From a virus (Duplodnaviria > Caudoviricetes): 36,244 bases of DNA. This document shows positions 1 through 7,965 of the stretch, in pieces (within the stretch, counting starts at the first letter, position 1; each line of letters opens with the position of its first letter). The position numbers were made by a program, and so were the translations under genes. Under the pieces are notes generated by a model. It ran no database searches and was not told the DNA's origin. It saw nothing but the letters and a program-made list of their open reading frames with translations. Location of the stretch: positions 1 through 36,244 of IMG/VR virus record IMGVR_UViG_3300020045_018325; one strand, 5' to 3'.

Positions 1-121
1 CACTTGGTTCAACTAATAGTACCAGTGCATCTACATTGCAAAGCGGATCGGGAGCTCTAAATGTTACATCTACTAATGGTGCTCTCACTATAAATAGTGG
101 AACAGGCGCATTGAGTATTTC
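1..121. repeat. Terminal direct repeat copy 1 (circular assembly overlap)
   Basis: Identical to 36124-36244 (cacttggttcaactaat...gcattgagtatttc). Confidence 0.97.
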
Positions 122-920
122 TAATGATGCTTCAGCGACTACCTTAACCATAGGAACAGGTGGGGCTGTTAAAGGCGTAACGCTTGGATCAACTAACTCT
201 ACTTCAGCAACCACAGTCCAGAGTGGAAGTGGAGCATTAGCTGTTACCTCCACGAATGGCACGCTTACAGTAAATTCAGGGACAGGAGCACTATCGATCA
301 GTTCAGATGCTTCTGCAACTACAGTAAATATTGCAACGGGAGCTGCTGCCAAGACAGTGACATTGGGTTCAACCAATTCAACAAGTTTATTGGCTTTGAA
401 ATACGGAACTGCAGATTTTACCTTAGCCAGTGCTACCGGTACAGTTATGACTGCCTTAGATACAGGAGAAATAACTCAGGCTCTACAGCCTTCATTTCAA
501 GCTCGCAGATCTGCTGATATAGCTAACGTAACCGGAGACGGCACCGTATATACTTGTACATTTGATACGGAAGTTTTTGACAGAAATTCTGACTATAATA
601 ATGCCACCTATACTTTTACAGCTCCTGTTACTGGATTGTATTTCTTTTCATTAACAGTAGGTGCATATTCTCTTGGCGCTTTACATACTATTGGTGTTAC
701 AAATATTATTACTACTGCTCACACTTATATAAGTAATTATAGTAGCTGGGGCTTAGCTCGTGCTTCAAATAATATATATATGTATACCCAAACAGTATTA
801 GCTAATATGACTGCTGGAGATACAGCTACTACTAATTTTGGAGTTTATAATTCTACTAAAACAGTAGGATTGTATGGTGGTGATACAAACTCAGTATGGT
901 GTGGATATTTAGTAGCTTAA
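3..920 (+). CDS. 3' part of a tail fibre/adhesin that starts at 35160 and crosses the join (about 627 aa in total); C-terminal C1q-like domain
   Basis: In frame with the 35160 ORF across the overlap. Has 60-aa repeats (TLGSTNSTS every 180 nt). C-terminal PSFQA...FDTEVFD...YTFTAPVTGLYFFS matches the gC1q signature. Confidence 0.85.
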   Translation, partial: LGSTNSTSASTLQSGSGALNVTSTNGALTINSGTGALSISNDASATTLTIGTGGAVKGVTLGSTNSTSATTVQSGSGALAVTSTNGTLTVNSGTGALSISSDASATTVNIATGAAAKTVTLGSTNSTSLLALKYGTADFTLASATGTVMTALDTGEITQALQPSFQARRSADIANVTGDGTVYTCTFDTEVFDRNSDYNNATYTFTAPVTGLYFFSLTVGAYSLGALHTIGVTNIITTAHTYISNYSSWGLARASNNIYMYTQTVLANMTAGDTATTNFGVYNSTKTVGLYGGDTNSVWCGYLVA

Positions 921-932
921 TAAAGGATACAT

Positions 933-1232
933 ATGAAAATTTCATTTAACGACAAAGAAATCTATAGCTTGTCAGATATACAATGCAAAGTTATCTGTGA
1001 CTATGTGCATGGTAATATTTTCGAAGATGACATGAAACGTCGTTTAGAATGGGTACTTATGCACTTGTATGAACAATGCATGAAGCGCCTTCGTGAAGAA
1101 TGGATGCCTAAACTTGCTGGACGTATGGATTCAATTCCAACTTCTGATGAGAAGTTTGCAGATCTGGTATTTAGTCAGCCGGATTACATGGATAGAGCAA
1201 CTCGCGATAAATCAAATGCAGTAGTTTTATAG
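933..1232 (+). CDS. Hypothetical protein, possible tail-fibre chaperone
   Basis: AAGGA RBS; small ORF directly after a fibre gene. Function inferred from position only. Confidence 0.6.
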   Translation: MKISFNDKEIYSLSDIQCKVICDYVHGNIFEDDMKRRLEWVLMHLYEQCMKRLREEWMPKLAGRMDSIPTSDEKFADLVFSQPDYMDRATRDKSNAVVL

Positions 1233-1239
1233 GAAATAC

Positions 1240-3291
1240 ATGGTTAAAAGAAGAACTGGGTTAGATCCCTTAGCATATATGGGTGTAGAGCCATCAACTC
1301 CGGCCCAGTTTGTTGAAGATAACCGAAACCCGACTACTAATGATTACGATAACTTTAACTTGATGGCGGTATGGCTCAACCGTGCTACCTATCAAGTATG
1401 GATGCTTGTAGATAAATCAGATTTTATTGCTACTTGGTTGCCTTTCTCTTCAAGCATAGGATCTTTAAATACTTTAACTGCAGATACAGGAACGAATCCT
1501 GTCCCTCCTACAGCAAATAACATTGATATTTTTGGGGGTACCGGAGTTAATACGGTAGGTACTGCAGGCGCTTCTTTGATAACTATTAACGTAGATGATA
1601 GCGTTGCTACTCAATATGATGCCGATATAGGCTCTGCTATTCCGGTTGCTAATATAATTAATATAGTAGGTGGCCCTCATGTGCAAACTACAGGTGCAGG
1701 TAATACAATTACTATTTCACCTATGGGATCAGTTGCAGTGAGTATTCCTACGGATGCTGGTGTAGCAGCTCCAGCTGCTGGTGTGTTGAATGTGCTCGGT
1801 CTTGCAGGTAGAAATATATCTACTTCTGGAGCAGGTAACACCGTTAGTATAGCTGTCAGTGGCACGACTAATAATGCTCTACAGCGCGGTAATGCTACCG
1901 GTAGTTTAACTTCACTAGGTTTAGGTACTGATGGCCAAGTTGTTATTGGTGCAACTGGTGGAGCACCCGCATTTGCTACGATGACCTCTGCTGGTGGTAC
2001 TATTCTCTTTACTCCTGGCGCTAATACCTTAAATTTAGAAGCAGCGGGCGCTGGAGCATTAACTTCTGTACCTTGTGATGTTGGAGCAGCAGCTCCGGCA
2101 GCTAGTGTATTGAATGCTTTTGGAGGCGACAATATAACCACTACTGGTGCGGGTAATACCGTTACCATAGCCGTTTCAGGAACTACTCAATTTGCACCAC
2201 AAATGGGCAATGCGGCAGGTTCTCTTGATGATATTGGTTTAATGAATGATGGTGAGCTTATCATTGGAGCAACAGGCGCATCACCACAGATTAATACTCT
2301 TACTGCTGGTACTGGTATTACCATTACTAATGCTCCCGGTTCTATTACTATTGATGCTACGGGTGCAAGTACTGGTGGAGTGATTAAAACTACTTTCAAT
2401 GCTTCTGGCATGTGGACGAAGAATGCTAATACCAAAATGGTTCGCATGGTTATATATAGCGGAGGTGCCAGTGGCGCAAGTGGTGCAAGAATAACAAATG
2501 GAACAGGGTCCGGTGGCTATGTAACTGGTGGTGGTGGCGGAAGTGTATTTGGTTATACAGATTATACTATTGATGCTGATTATTTAGGTGCTACAGAAAC
2601 TGTAATAGTGGGAGCATCATCATTGGGAGGAGCAGCAGTTCTAATAGATAATACGAGTGGAAATAGTGGAGTAATTGCTAATGTTAGCAGTTTTGGAACA
2701 TCAAACATAGTGAGTGGAGGAAGAGATGCCTCATACCTTCCAGGTCAGGGAGCAATCGGTGGACAAACTTCAGGTGGCCCAGGAATTGGTGGACCTCCTG
2801 GTATCGCCCTTCTTAATTATATAGGAACAGCAGCCTCACCTGTAGCTCCCCCTATGCAAGGTGGAGGAAGTGGATCGACCACTGGTGGTTTTTCTCCAAC
2901 AGCTATTAGAATATGGGGATCACCAACAGCCGGTGGAGGTGGTGGTAGTCATAGGAATGGTGGATCACCAACAGCCGGTGGTGATGGTGGATATATAGGA
3001 AGTACTCCAACAGGTTTATATAGTTATGGAGTTCCAGGGTTAGGAGGAGCGGCGGGAGTTAGTGGCACTAATGGTTCAGATGGCGTCGGCAGTAATTCAC
3101 CATGGAAAGTAGCAGGAACTGGAGGCGGCGGCGGTGGTGGCCATCCAACTAATCCAGGCGATGGAGGAGACGGAGGATTTCCTGGTGGTTGTGGAGGAGG
3201 CGGTGGCGCTGTTGCAAATGGAAACCCATCAGGCGCTGGTGGTGATGGTGCAGCAGGTCAGGTAATAATATATGAATTCTTAGGAATGTAA
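1240..3291 (+). CDS. Tail fibre/spike with internal repeats and a glycine-rich C-terminal domain
   Basis: N-terminal RNPTTND...VWLN motif; repeated DxGxAxPxAxxLNxxG...GAGNTVxI units; Gly-rich C-terminus ending GxGGDGAAGQVIIYEF. Confidence 0.8.
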   Translation: MVKRRTGLDPLAYMGVEPSTPAQFVEDNRNPTTNDYDNFNLMAVWLNRATYQVWMLVDKSDFIATWLPFSSSIGSLNTLTADTGTNPVPPTANNIDIFGGTGVNTVGTAGASLITINVDDSVATQYDADIGSAIPVANIINIVGGPHVQTTGAGNTITISPMGSVAVSIPTDAGVAAPAAGVLNVLGLAGRNISTSGAGNTVSIAVSGTTNNALQRGNATGSLTSLGLGTDGQVVIGATGGAPAFATMTSAGGTILFTPGANTLNLEAAGAGALTSVPCDVGAAAPAASVLNAFGGDNITTTGAGNTVTIAVSGTTQFAPQMGNAAGSLDDIGLMNDGELIIGATGASPQINTLTAGTGITITNAPGSITIDATGASTGGVIKTTFNASGMWTKNANTKMVRMVIYSGGASGASGARITNGTGSGGYVTGGGGGSVFGYTDYTIDADYLGATETVIVGASSLGGAAVLIDNTSGNSGVIANVSSFGTSNIVSGGRDASYLPGQGAIGGQTSGGPGIGGPPGIALLNYIGTAASPVAPPMQGGGSGSTTGGFSPTAIRIWGSPTAGGGGGSHRNGGSPTAGGDGGYIGSTPTGLYSYGVPGLGGAAGVSGTNGSDGVGSNSPWKVAGTGGGGGGGHPTNPGDGGDGGFPGGCGGGGGAVANGNPSGAGGDGAAGQVIIYEFLGM

Positions 3292-3293
3292 GT

Positions 3294-3662
3294 ATGAAAA
3301 ATAGACATGCATTAATAGATCCAAAAACAGGTCTTGTAAGAAACATTATCATATGGGAAGGTGCACCATTTTTACCACCTCAAGACCATTATGTTGTTCA
3401 CAACTGTGATGGTCAGATAGGTGACTATTGGCATCAAGATAGCAATGCGTTTTATACCATTAATGGAAAACGTAGATTTCGTGATGAAAGAGGTAAAGTA
3501 GGCGAATCAGAACTTAATAATCATGAGAAAGAACATATAGAACCTCGCTTGAAAAAGATATATGCTCATGCATTTAAGAAATATAGATGGGAACATTCTC
3601 TTGATCTCACTCGAGAAGATGTAGAAGTACCAAAAATGCTTGAAGAAGTAGTTAACAAATGA
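3294..3662 (+). CDS. Hypothetical protein, tail-fibre accessory-like; paralogue of 3659..3955
   Basis: Follows the Gly-rich fibre. Shares RH..I.IW...LPP...IGD.W....FYT...RR....GE.EL...EK..IE..L with the next ORF. Confidence 0.7.
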   Translation: MKNRHALIDPKTGLVRNIIIWEGAPFLPPQDHYVVHNCDGQIGDYWHQDSNAFYTINGKRRFRDERGKVGESELNNHEKEHIEPRLKKIYAHAFKKYRWEHSLDLTREDVEVPKMLEEVVNK

Positions 3663-3955
3663 GACATGTTGTAGTAGATAATGATACCCGTATAGTTACC
3701 CATATCTTGATATGGAATAACGATATCATACTACCCCCTCCCAATACACTGATCTTTGCTAATGGCATTGCCTGTATTGGAGACTGGTGGTGTGAGCAGA
3801 TGGATACATTTTATACACCAAACAAAAAACGCCGTATGCGCTTGCATCATGAGTGGGGTGAGGCAGAGTTAAGCCAAGATGAAAAAGATTTGATAGAATC
3901 GAAATTAGACGCTGTTTTTCCGAACCGACACTCGCCTTGTGGCGACGGCGTTTGA
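3659..3955 (+). CDS. Hypothetical protein; paralogue of 3294..3662
   Basis: ATGA overlap with the previous gene; aligns with it along most of its length. Confidence 0.7.
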   Translation: MRHVVVDNDTRIVTHILIWNNDIILPPPNTLIFANGIACIGDWWCEQMDTFYTPNKKRRMRLHHEWGEAELSQDEKDLIESKLDAVFPNRHSPCGDGV

Positions 3956-4060
3956 AATAAGAACTATACATAATACCCACTATTTCAAAAACCATACAAA
4001 CTTGAAATAGTGGGTCTTTCACGACATAGCCAAAGTGGCTATGGTGAAACGTTAGCAGAT

Positions 4061-4786
4061 TCATTTAATATCTTTTTTAATTTCACGAATACGTTTAATA
4101 GAAGAAGGGAATATGCTCTTTGGCATATCGGATAGTTTAGTTAATCCAAGTTTATTAAGAATCTCTTGAGAAAGGCTTGGATGATCCTTTAGCTCAGTCA
4201 TTAGTTCTGTATGCTGATCTTGAGTTATCTTTTCTACTATCGGTTCGTCTACTTTAACCTCTTTTTTTTTTACATCTTCTGCAAAATCAACATCTACGCC
4301 ATCAGTATCTTCACTACGAGAGATACCAACCAACCCTTCAAGAATATATTTTTTGAAGTAGGTGATCTGTGTTCCCTGTGCTTGTAGTTCATTCTGTCCG
4401 GCTCCTGGTTTAAGCGATCTTAAACGCATACGACCTTCAATCCATTGACCACTTGCATGAGCAAGTCTGGTATATACGAATCCAGTTTCTGTTGGATCTT
4501 CAACGGGTGGCTGTATAACACACAACCCATTCTTAGAAAGAGCAGGAAGCACCGCATTGAGAAGATCATCAAGTCCGGCATAGTTATACTTAGAAAAGTT
4601 ATGTCTCTTCGTTTTTACGGCAGATTTGAACTCGCCTTGTGCTTTTGCTAAAGCTGAATAAAGATCCTGGGTTTCTTTTGAATGCCACATATATTCTTTT
4701 TTAAGATGAGCTTCATAAAGTTTAAGATGCGCCTGTAAAAGTTCATCATTGAGCTGTTTTATGTAGCTGAGAATTATTCCGTCCAT
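4061..4786 (-). CDS. erf: ERF-family single-strand annealing protein
   Basis: LYSALAKAQGEF...KYNYAGLDDLLNAVLPALSKNGL...TRLAHASGQWIEG...GTQITYFKKY.L. Start moved to ATG 4786, which has an AGAAGGA RBS. Confidence 0.88.
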   Translation of the reverse strand: MDGIILSYIKQLNDELLQAHLKLYEAHLKKEYMWHSKETQDLYSALAKAQGEFKSAVKTKRHNFSKYNYAGLDDLLNAVLPALSKNGLCVIQPPVEDPTETGFVYTRLAHASGQWIEGRMRLRSLKPGAGQNELQAQGTQITYFKKYILEGLVGISRSEDTDGVDVDFAEDVKKKEVKVDEPIVEKITQDQHTELMTELKDHPSLSQEILNKLGLTKLSDMPKSIFPSSIKRIREIKKDIK

Positions 4787-4815
4787 GCATATCCTTCTGA
4801 GTAAATTGTTTAGAA

Positions 4816-4846
4816 GACTCCCCCAAGACATAAGCTTGGGGGAGTC
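4816..4846. promoter_or_regulatory. Perfect 12-bp hairpin in the erf leader
   Basis: GACTCCCCCAAG-acataag-CTTGGGGGAGTC. Confidence 0.6.
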
Positions 4847-4986
4847 CAGTGCATTAATCCTATCGCTGACGAAAGGACAGCTTAAGACATATATAAATAT
4901 AACATATCTATAACGTAAGTCAAACATTTGATTAAACTATTTATAACATGTATGATATATGTATATTAATTTAAACTGGGATCTGT

Positions 4987-5214
4987 ATGATTACGTTACA
5001 AAACTATAAAGAGAGAATTGCTGTGAATCAAGATGAATTAAGAACTACCGTATTAGAGCTTATGGCAAAAGAGAATATTAGTCTGAGTAGATTATCGGTT
5101 GAGGTTGGTTGCAGTTGGGCTACAGTTAAGAAGTTTTTGAGTGACATGGGGTTGGTAAGTCGAGAAACTTCAGATAAATTAAAAGAATGGGTGGATTCAT
5201 ATCCATCAGAGTAA
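4987..5214 (+). CDS. Small Cro/XRE-like HTH regulator
   Basis: ENISLSRLSVEVGCSWATVKKFL helix-turn-helix pattern; divergent from erf across an AT-rich gap. Confidence 0.7.
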   Translation: MITLQNYKERIAVNQDELRTTVLELMAKENISLSRLSVEVGCSWATVKKFLSDMGLVSRETSDKLKEWVDSYPSE

Positions 5215-5227
5215 TATGTATGGCCGT

Positions 5228-5254
5228 GCCATACGAAGCTTTAGCGAAGTATGG
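5228..5254 (-). repeat. REP-like palindromic element (family A)
   Basis: Minus strand reads ccatacTTCGCTAAAGCTTCGtatggc; CCATAC/GTATGG arms. Confidence 0.65.
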
Positions 5255-5325
5255 AGCCGTAGCTCAGATGGTAGAGCAACTGCTTTCACGCAGAAGGGCG
5301 GGGGTTCGAGTCCCTTCCGGCTCCT
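5253..5325 (+). tRNA. Atypical tRNA-like gene, identity undetermined (6-nt anticodon loop TTTCAC)
   Basis: Acceptor GGAGCCG/CGGCTCC; D arm GCTC-AGATGGTA-GAGC; T loop TTCGAGT; anticodon stem CTGC/GCAG; no encoded CCA. Confidence 0.7.
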
Positions 5326-5330
5326 TTTAT

Positions 5331-5406
5331 GGCCCCCTTGATTACCGGTTAGATCGCCAGCCTTTCACGCTGGAGGAAGTGGGTTCGATTCCCCTGGGGG
5401 CTGCCA
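5331..5406 (+). tRNA. tRNA-Glu(TTC)
   Basis: Acceptor GGCCCCC/GGGGGCT; anticodon arm CCAGC-CTTTCAC-GCTGG; T loop TTCGATT; encoded CCA; one mismatch in the T stem. Confidence 0.85.
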
Positions 5407-5656
5407 ATCCGTGACATTTTGTCACAAGTTGAAAAAGTACTACATGTTAACCCCATTTAACACATAGACGGACTAAATGATAAAACCGTATAACATCCAG
5501 TGCCATCTAATTATTCTCGTAGCAAACTTAGTGAATTTTTGTTTACATTCGTACAATACTCGTATAAAGTAATTTCTGGAATTGTATCAGTAAGCTACGA
5601 CAGTCTAAGCAACTGTCACAACGACCACCGTTCGGTGTGTCACGAAAGGAATCTCT

Positions 5657-6250
5657 ATGAGATATCTATTGTTTTTACCTATTTTATTTATACATGTTAG
5701 TGCATATGGATCAGAAATTGATTCACGTGTAGCCAAATGGCCTACGATGGGATCCTCCTACGCCAAGGCTACGGCTGACAGGCGCCTAGCGTTATTAAGG
5801 CATGAAAACCATTATGCATTAAGTGATGGTATGTATGAGAAGGCTATTAGGCCTGAGCTTATAAGCAAGCCATTGCGTTCAATGGATGCATCAAAATTGG
5901 CTGCTCTTTTGGAAACAGGAAAAGCCTACGTAAAGATAGATCAATGTGATGATGGTGAATTGACTATGGACTTAATGCCACGTTGTCCGGGTGGTGGGTT
6001 TGGTGGTGCGCTCGGTGGTTTGGCTTTCGGTGAAGTAGTTGGAAAGATAGTCCCCTTGGCTTGTGGCTATATCATATTGTATGGTACAAAGGGAGTTATT
6101 AGGGTAACTGCGGGCAAAGAAGCTTCAGATGCATTTGATGAACACATTGTACAAGTGTCTATTCCTCATCTTCATGAAGTTACCGAGACAATAGCCCATT
6201 ATGCCGGATTTGTCGGTGGGGCTGCAGGCGGTGTTATGTTTCCTGGTTGA
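5657..6250 (+). CDS. Signal-peptide protein with a Gly-rich hydrophobic C-terminal half (moron)
   Basis: AAGGA RBS; MRYLLFLPILFIHVSAYG leader; PGGGFGGALGG...GFVGGAAGG. Confidence 0.75.
   Translation: MRYLLFLPILFIHVSAYGSEIDSRVAKWPTMGSSYAKATADRRLALLRHENHYALSDGMYEKAIRPELISKPLRSMDASKLAALLETGKAYVKIDQCDDGELTMDLMPRCPGGGFGGALGGLAFGEVVGKIVPLACGYIILYGTKGVIRVTAGKEASDAFDEHIVQVSIPHLHEVTETIAHYAGFVGGAAGGVMFPG
5753..5782 (+). repeat. REP-like element (family A), in frame in a CDS
   Basis: tcctcCTACGCCAAGGCTACGgctgacagg encodes SSYAKATADR. Confidence 0.7.
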
Positions 6251-6261
6251 AAGGATAAAAA

Positions 6262-6615
6262 GTGTTTAAAAAAATAGTGTTAATAGCATTGTTAAGTATG
6301 ACCGGTATGCCGGCATTAGCGATGTCCCCGTCTTCGCTTTCAGCTTCTTCGGGCTTCGCCACTAATGAATCAACAACTACTTTTGAAACAATCAAGAAAA
6401 GTCGAGGGATAGGTAAATGGTTTGGTACTATCATACCGTGTTTTCTATCTCTTTTATCTGCTGAAGTTGCGATTAGACAAAACAGAGATAATCCTGATCG
6501 CAAAGAGGTGGTGTTTGCAGCTAAGTTTATGAGAATGCTGACTGTGGTGTTGGGCTGCTTTTTTCTTGATGATTGGATAAGTACGGACTTAAAAGAATGG
6601 AGTCTGAGTAAGTAA
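6262..6615 (+). CDS. Signal-peptide protein with two hydrophobic segments (moron)
   Basis: AAGGA RBS with GTG start; MFKKIVLIALLSMTGMPALA leader. Confidence 0.7.
   Translation: MFKKIVLIALLSMTGMPALAMSPSSLSASSGFATNESTTTFETIKKSRGIGKWFGTIIPCFLSLLSAEVAIRQNRDNPDRKEVVFAAKFMRMLTVVLGCFFLDDWISTDLKEWSLSK
6329..6360 (+). repeat. REP-like element (variant B), in frame in a CDS
   Basis: cgtcttcgctttcagcttcttcgggcttcgcc resembles the reverse complement of 23422-23458. Confidence 0.55.
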
Positions 6616-6705
6616 CGCCGTCATTTCATTATGGCGGTTCAGGCCTGATTTGTAGTATTAATAGTTAATTAGTTATATAGTTTAATGTGCTTGCTTTTCG
6701 ATTCC

Positions 6706-6736
6706 AGGTCGGTGCTCTCGGGTGTCGGCCTTTTTT
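6706..6736 (+). terminator. Intrinsic terminator between convergent genes
   Basis: AGGTCGGTGCT...GGTGTCGGCCT stem rich in G-U pairs, followed by a T run. Confidence 0.65.
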
Positions 6737-6755
6737 ATTAATCGCCTACAGAAAG

Positions 6756-6956
6756 TTAAGATACTTTTCTTCCTGGTTGTAATAGTCTTGAAGGTCTCTG
6801 TTTGGGTATATATAGATTAGATTTCACAAAAAGAGCCTCTTCAACAAATTTGTTTAAAGACATGCCAGGCTCCCAATAAACGATATCTCTTATTTTTTCT
6901 AACAAATCTTCATTTATTTGTGTGCTGAGTATTTTTTTCTTCATATTGTTTTCCAT
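6756..6956 (-). CDS. Small ribbon-helix-helix-like DNA-binding protein
   Basis: ILSTQINEDLLEKIRDIVYWEPGMSLNKFVEEAL beta-alpha-alpha pattern; overlaps the stop of the recombinase-derived gene. Confidence 0.6.
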   Translation of the reverse strand: MENNMKKKILSTQINEDLLEKIRDIVYWEPGMSLNKFVEEALFVKSNLYIPKQRPSRLLQPGRKVS

Positions 6957-7909
6957 CTTCCGGATTCATCTTGTTCTATTTGATCTGCCATCTCCAAATC
7001 AAATAATAGTTGTTGGACCTCTGTAACATCTTTAGATAGATAGTGCATAATTTCTTCTTGTGTTTTGGGAGTTTTGCAGAATTTACAGAGAGGATTGAGT
7101 CCATATATTTTATTTTCTATAGTATCTATCTTTTTTGTCTTTAATGCATGAGTTGGCAATATGTCTTCATTGATATAAGAAGCTATTACTTTTGTATCGG
7201 TTATTTTTTGTAGATCAAAAAAAACAGTTCCATTCTGTGTATCTCCTATGGCTGACTTTACAACTAATTCCAGAAAGGTATGCATCTTGTTAGGGCTCTT
7301 GAATATTTTGTCATCAATATTGAACATCTTAAGTATAGGTAAAAGAGCAGTACTAATAGTTGTTTCAGTTAAAGCTTTATGAGGAAGTCCAGAATTCTTA
7401 TTTGCGCATATATAATAGGTATATTTTTCTTTCTTTATATCGCCAACCAAAAAGGTATTACATTGAGAGCATCGAATAGATTTCTTATAGAGATGATTAT
7501 ATTTTTTATTACTAATGCCCTGCTTTCTGGGTTTCCCCGACATTACTTCTTGAACTTTATTAAAAATATCTTCATCTATAAATGTTTCATAGTCGTGCTT
7601 GTACTCTTTATCTTTGATGAAAATCTTTCCAATATAAAAAACATTTCTCAAATTGCGATGTAGATTTGATCTATGTATGGGGCGATTGTATTTATTCTGT
7701 AAATGTAGCGCTAAGTTATTGAGCGATATGGTATTGGTTGCATAAAGGCTAAATGCTTCTTTTATTATGCGTGCATCATCATTAGGACATACCCAATTAG
7801 AGCTATTTATTCTCATGTGAGAGTAACCCATAGGAGCCTTAAAGGGGATGTGCCCATCTTCAGCTCTCTTTTGCATACCAAATTTTATTTTTGCTGAGTG
7901 TTGTTTCAT
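6941..7909 (-). CDS. Large-serine-recombinase-derived protein (recombinase domain plus Zn ribbon, no catalytic domain) with a C-terminal DprA-like winged helix
   Basis: KIKFGMQKRAEDG..PFKAPMGY, A.IIKEAF.LY, LRNVFYIG, FIDEDIFNKVQE, IRCSQC...YTYYIC. No YxRxS motif. Tail TQEEIMHYLSKDVTEVQQLLFDLEMADQIEQDESGRW. Confidence 0.8.
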   Translation of the reverse strand: MKQHSAKIKFGMQKRAEDGHIPFKAPMGYSHMRINSSNWVCPNDDARIIKEAFSLYATNTISLNNLALHLQNKYNRPIHRSNLHRNLRNVFYIGKIFIKDKEYKHDYETFIDEDIFNKVQEVMSGKPRKQGISNKKYNHLYKKSIRCSQCNTFLVGDIKKEKYTYYICANKNSGLPHKALTETTISTALLPILKMFNIDDKIFKSPNKMHTFLELVVKSAIGDTQNGTVFFDLQKITDTKVIASYINEDILPTHALKTKKIDTIENKIYGLNPLCKFCKTPKTQEEIMHYLSKDVTEVQQLLFDLEMADQIEQDESGRWKTI

Positions 7910-7965
7910 ATATCTTATAATACCACACTTGTATTAAAAGTAAAGAATGGTATTCTTAATTTACC

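Noticed and set aside
1-920. Diversity-generating retroelement target
   Set aside because: No reverse transcriptase and no adenine-variant template repeat were seen.
1474-2447. Minus-strand ORFs in fibre genes (also 32406..32993, 33360..33692, 35204..35428, 35978..36211)
   Set aside because: Antisense shadows of codon-biased Gly/Ala/Thr-rich genes.
3759-4064. 101-aa minus-strand ORF after erf
   Set aside because: It overlaps the supported paralogue 3659..3955 extensively and has no recognisable motifs.
5187-5414. 75-aa ORF
   Set aside because: It overlies two tRNA genes and is a shadow ORF.
6941-7909. Functional serine integrase
   Set aside because: There is no catalytic resolvase domain and no room for one upstream.
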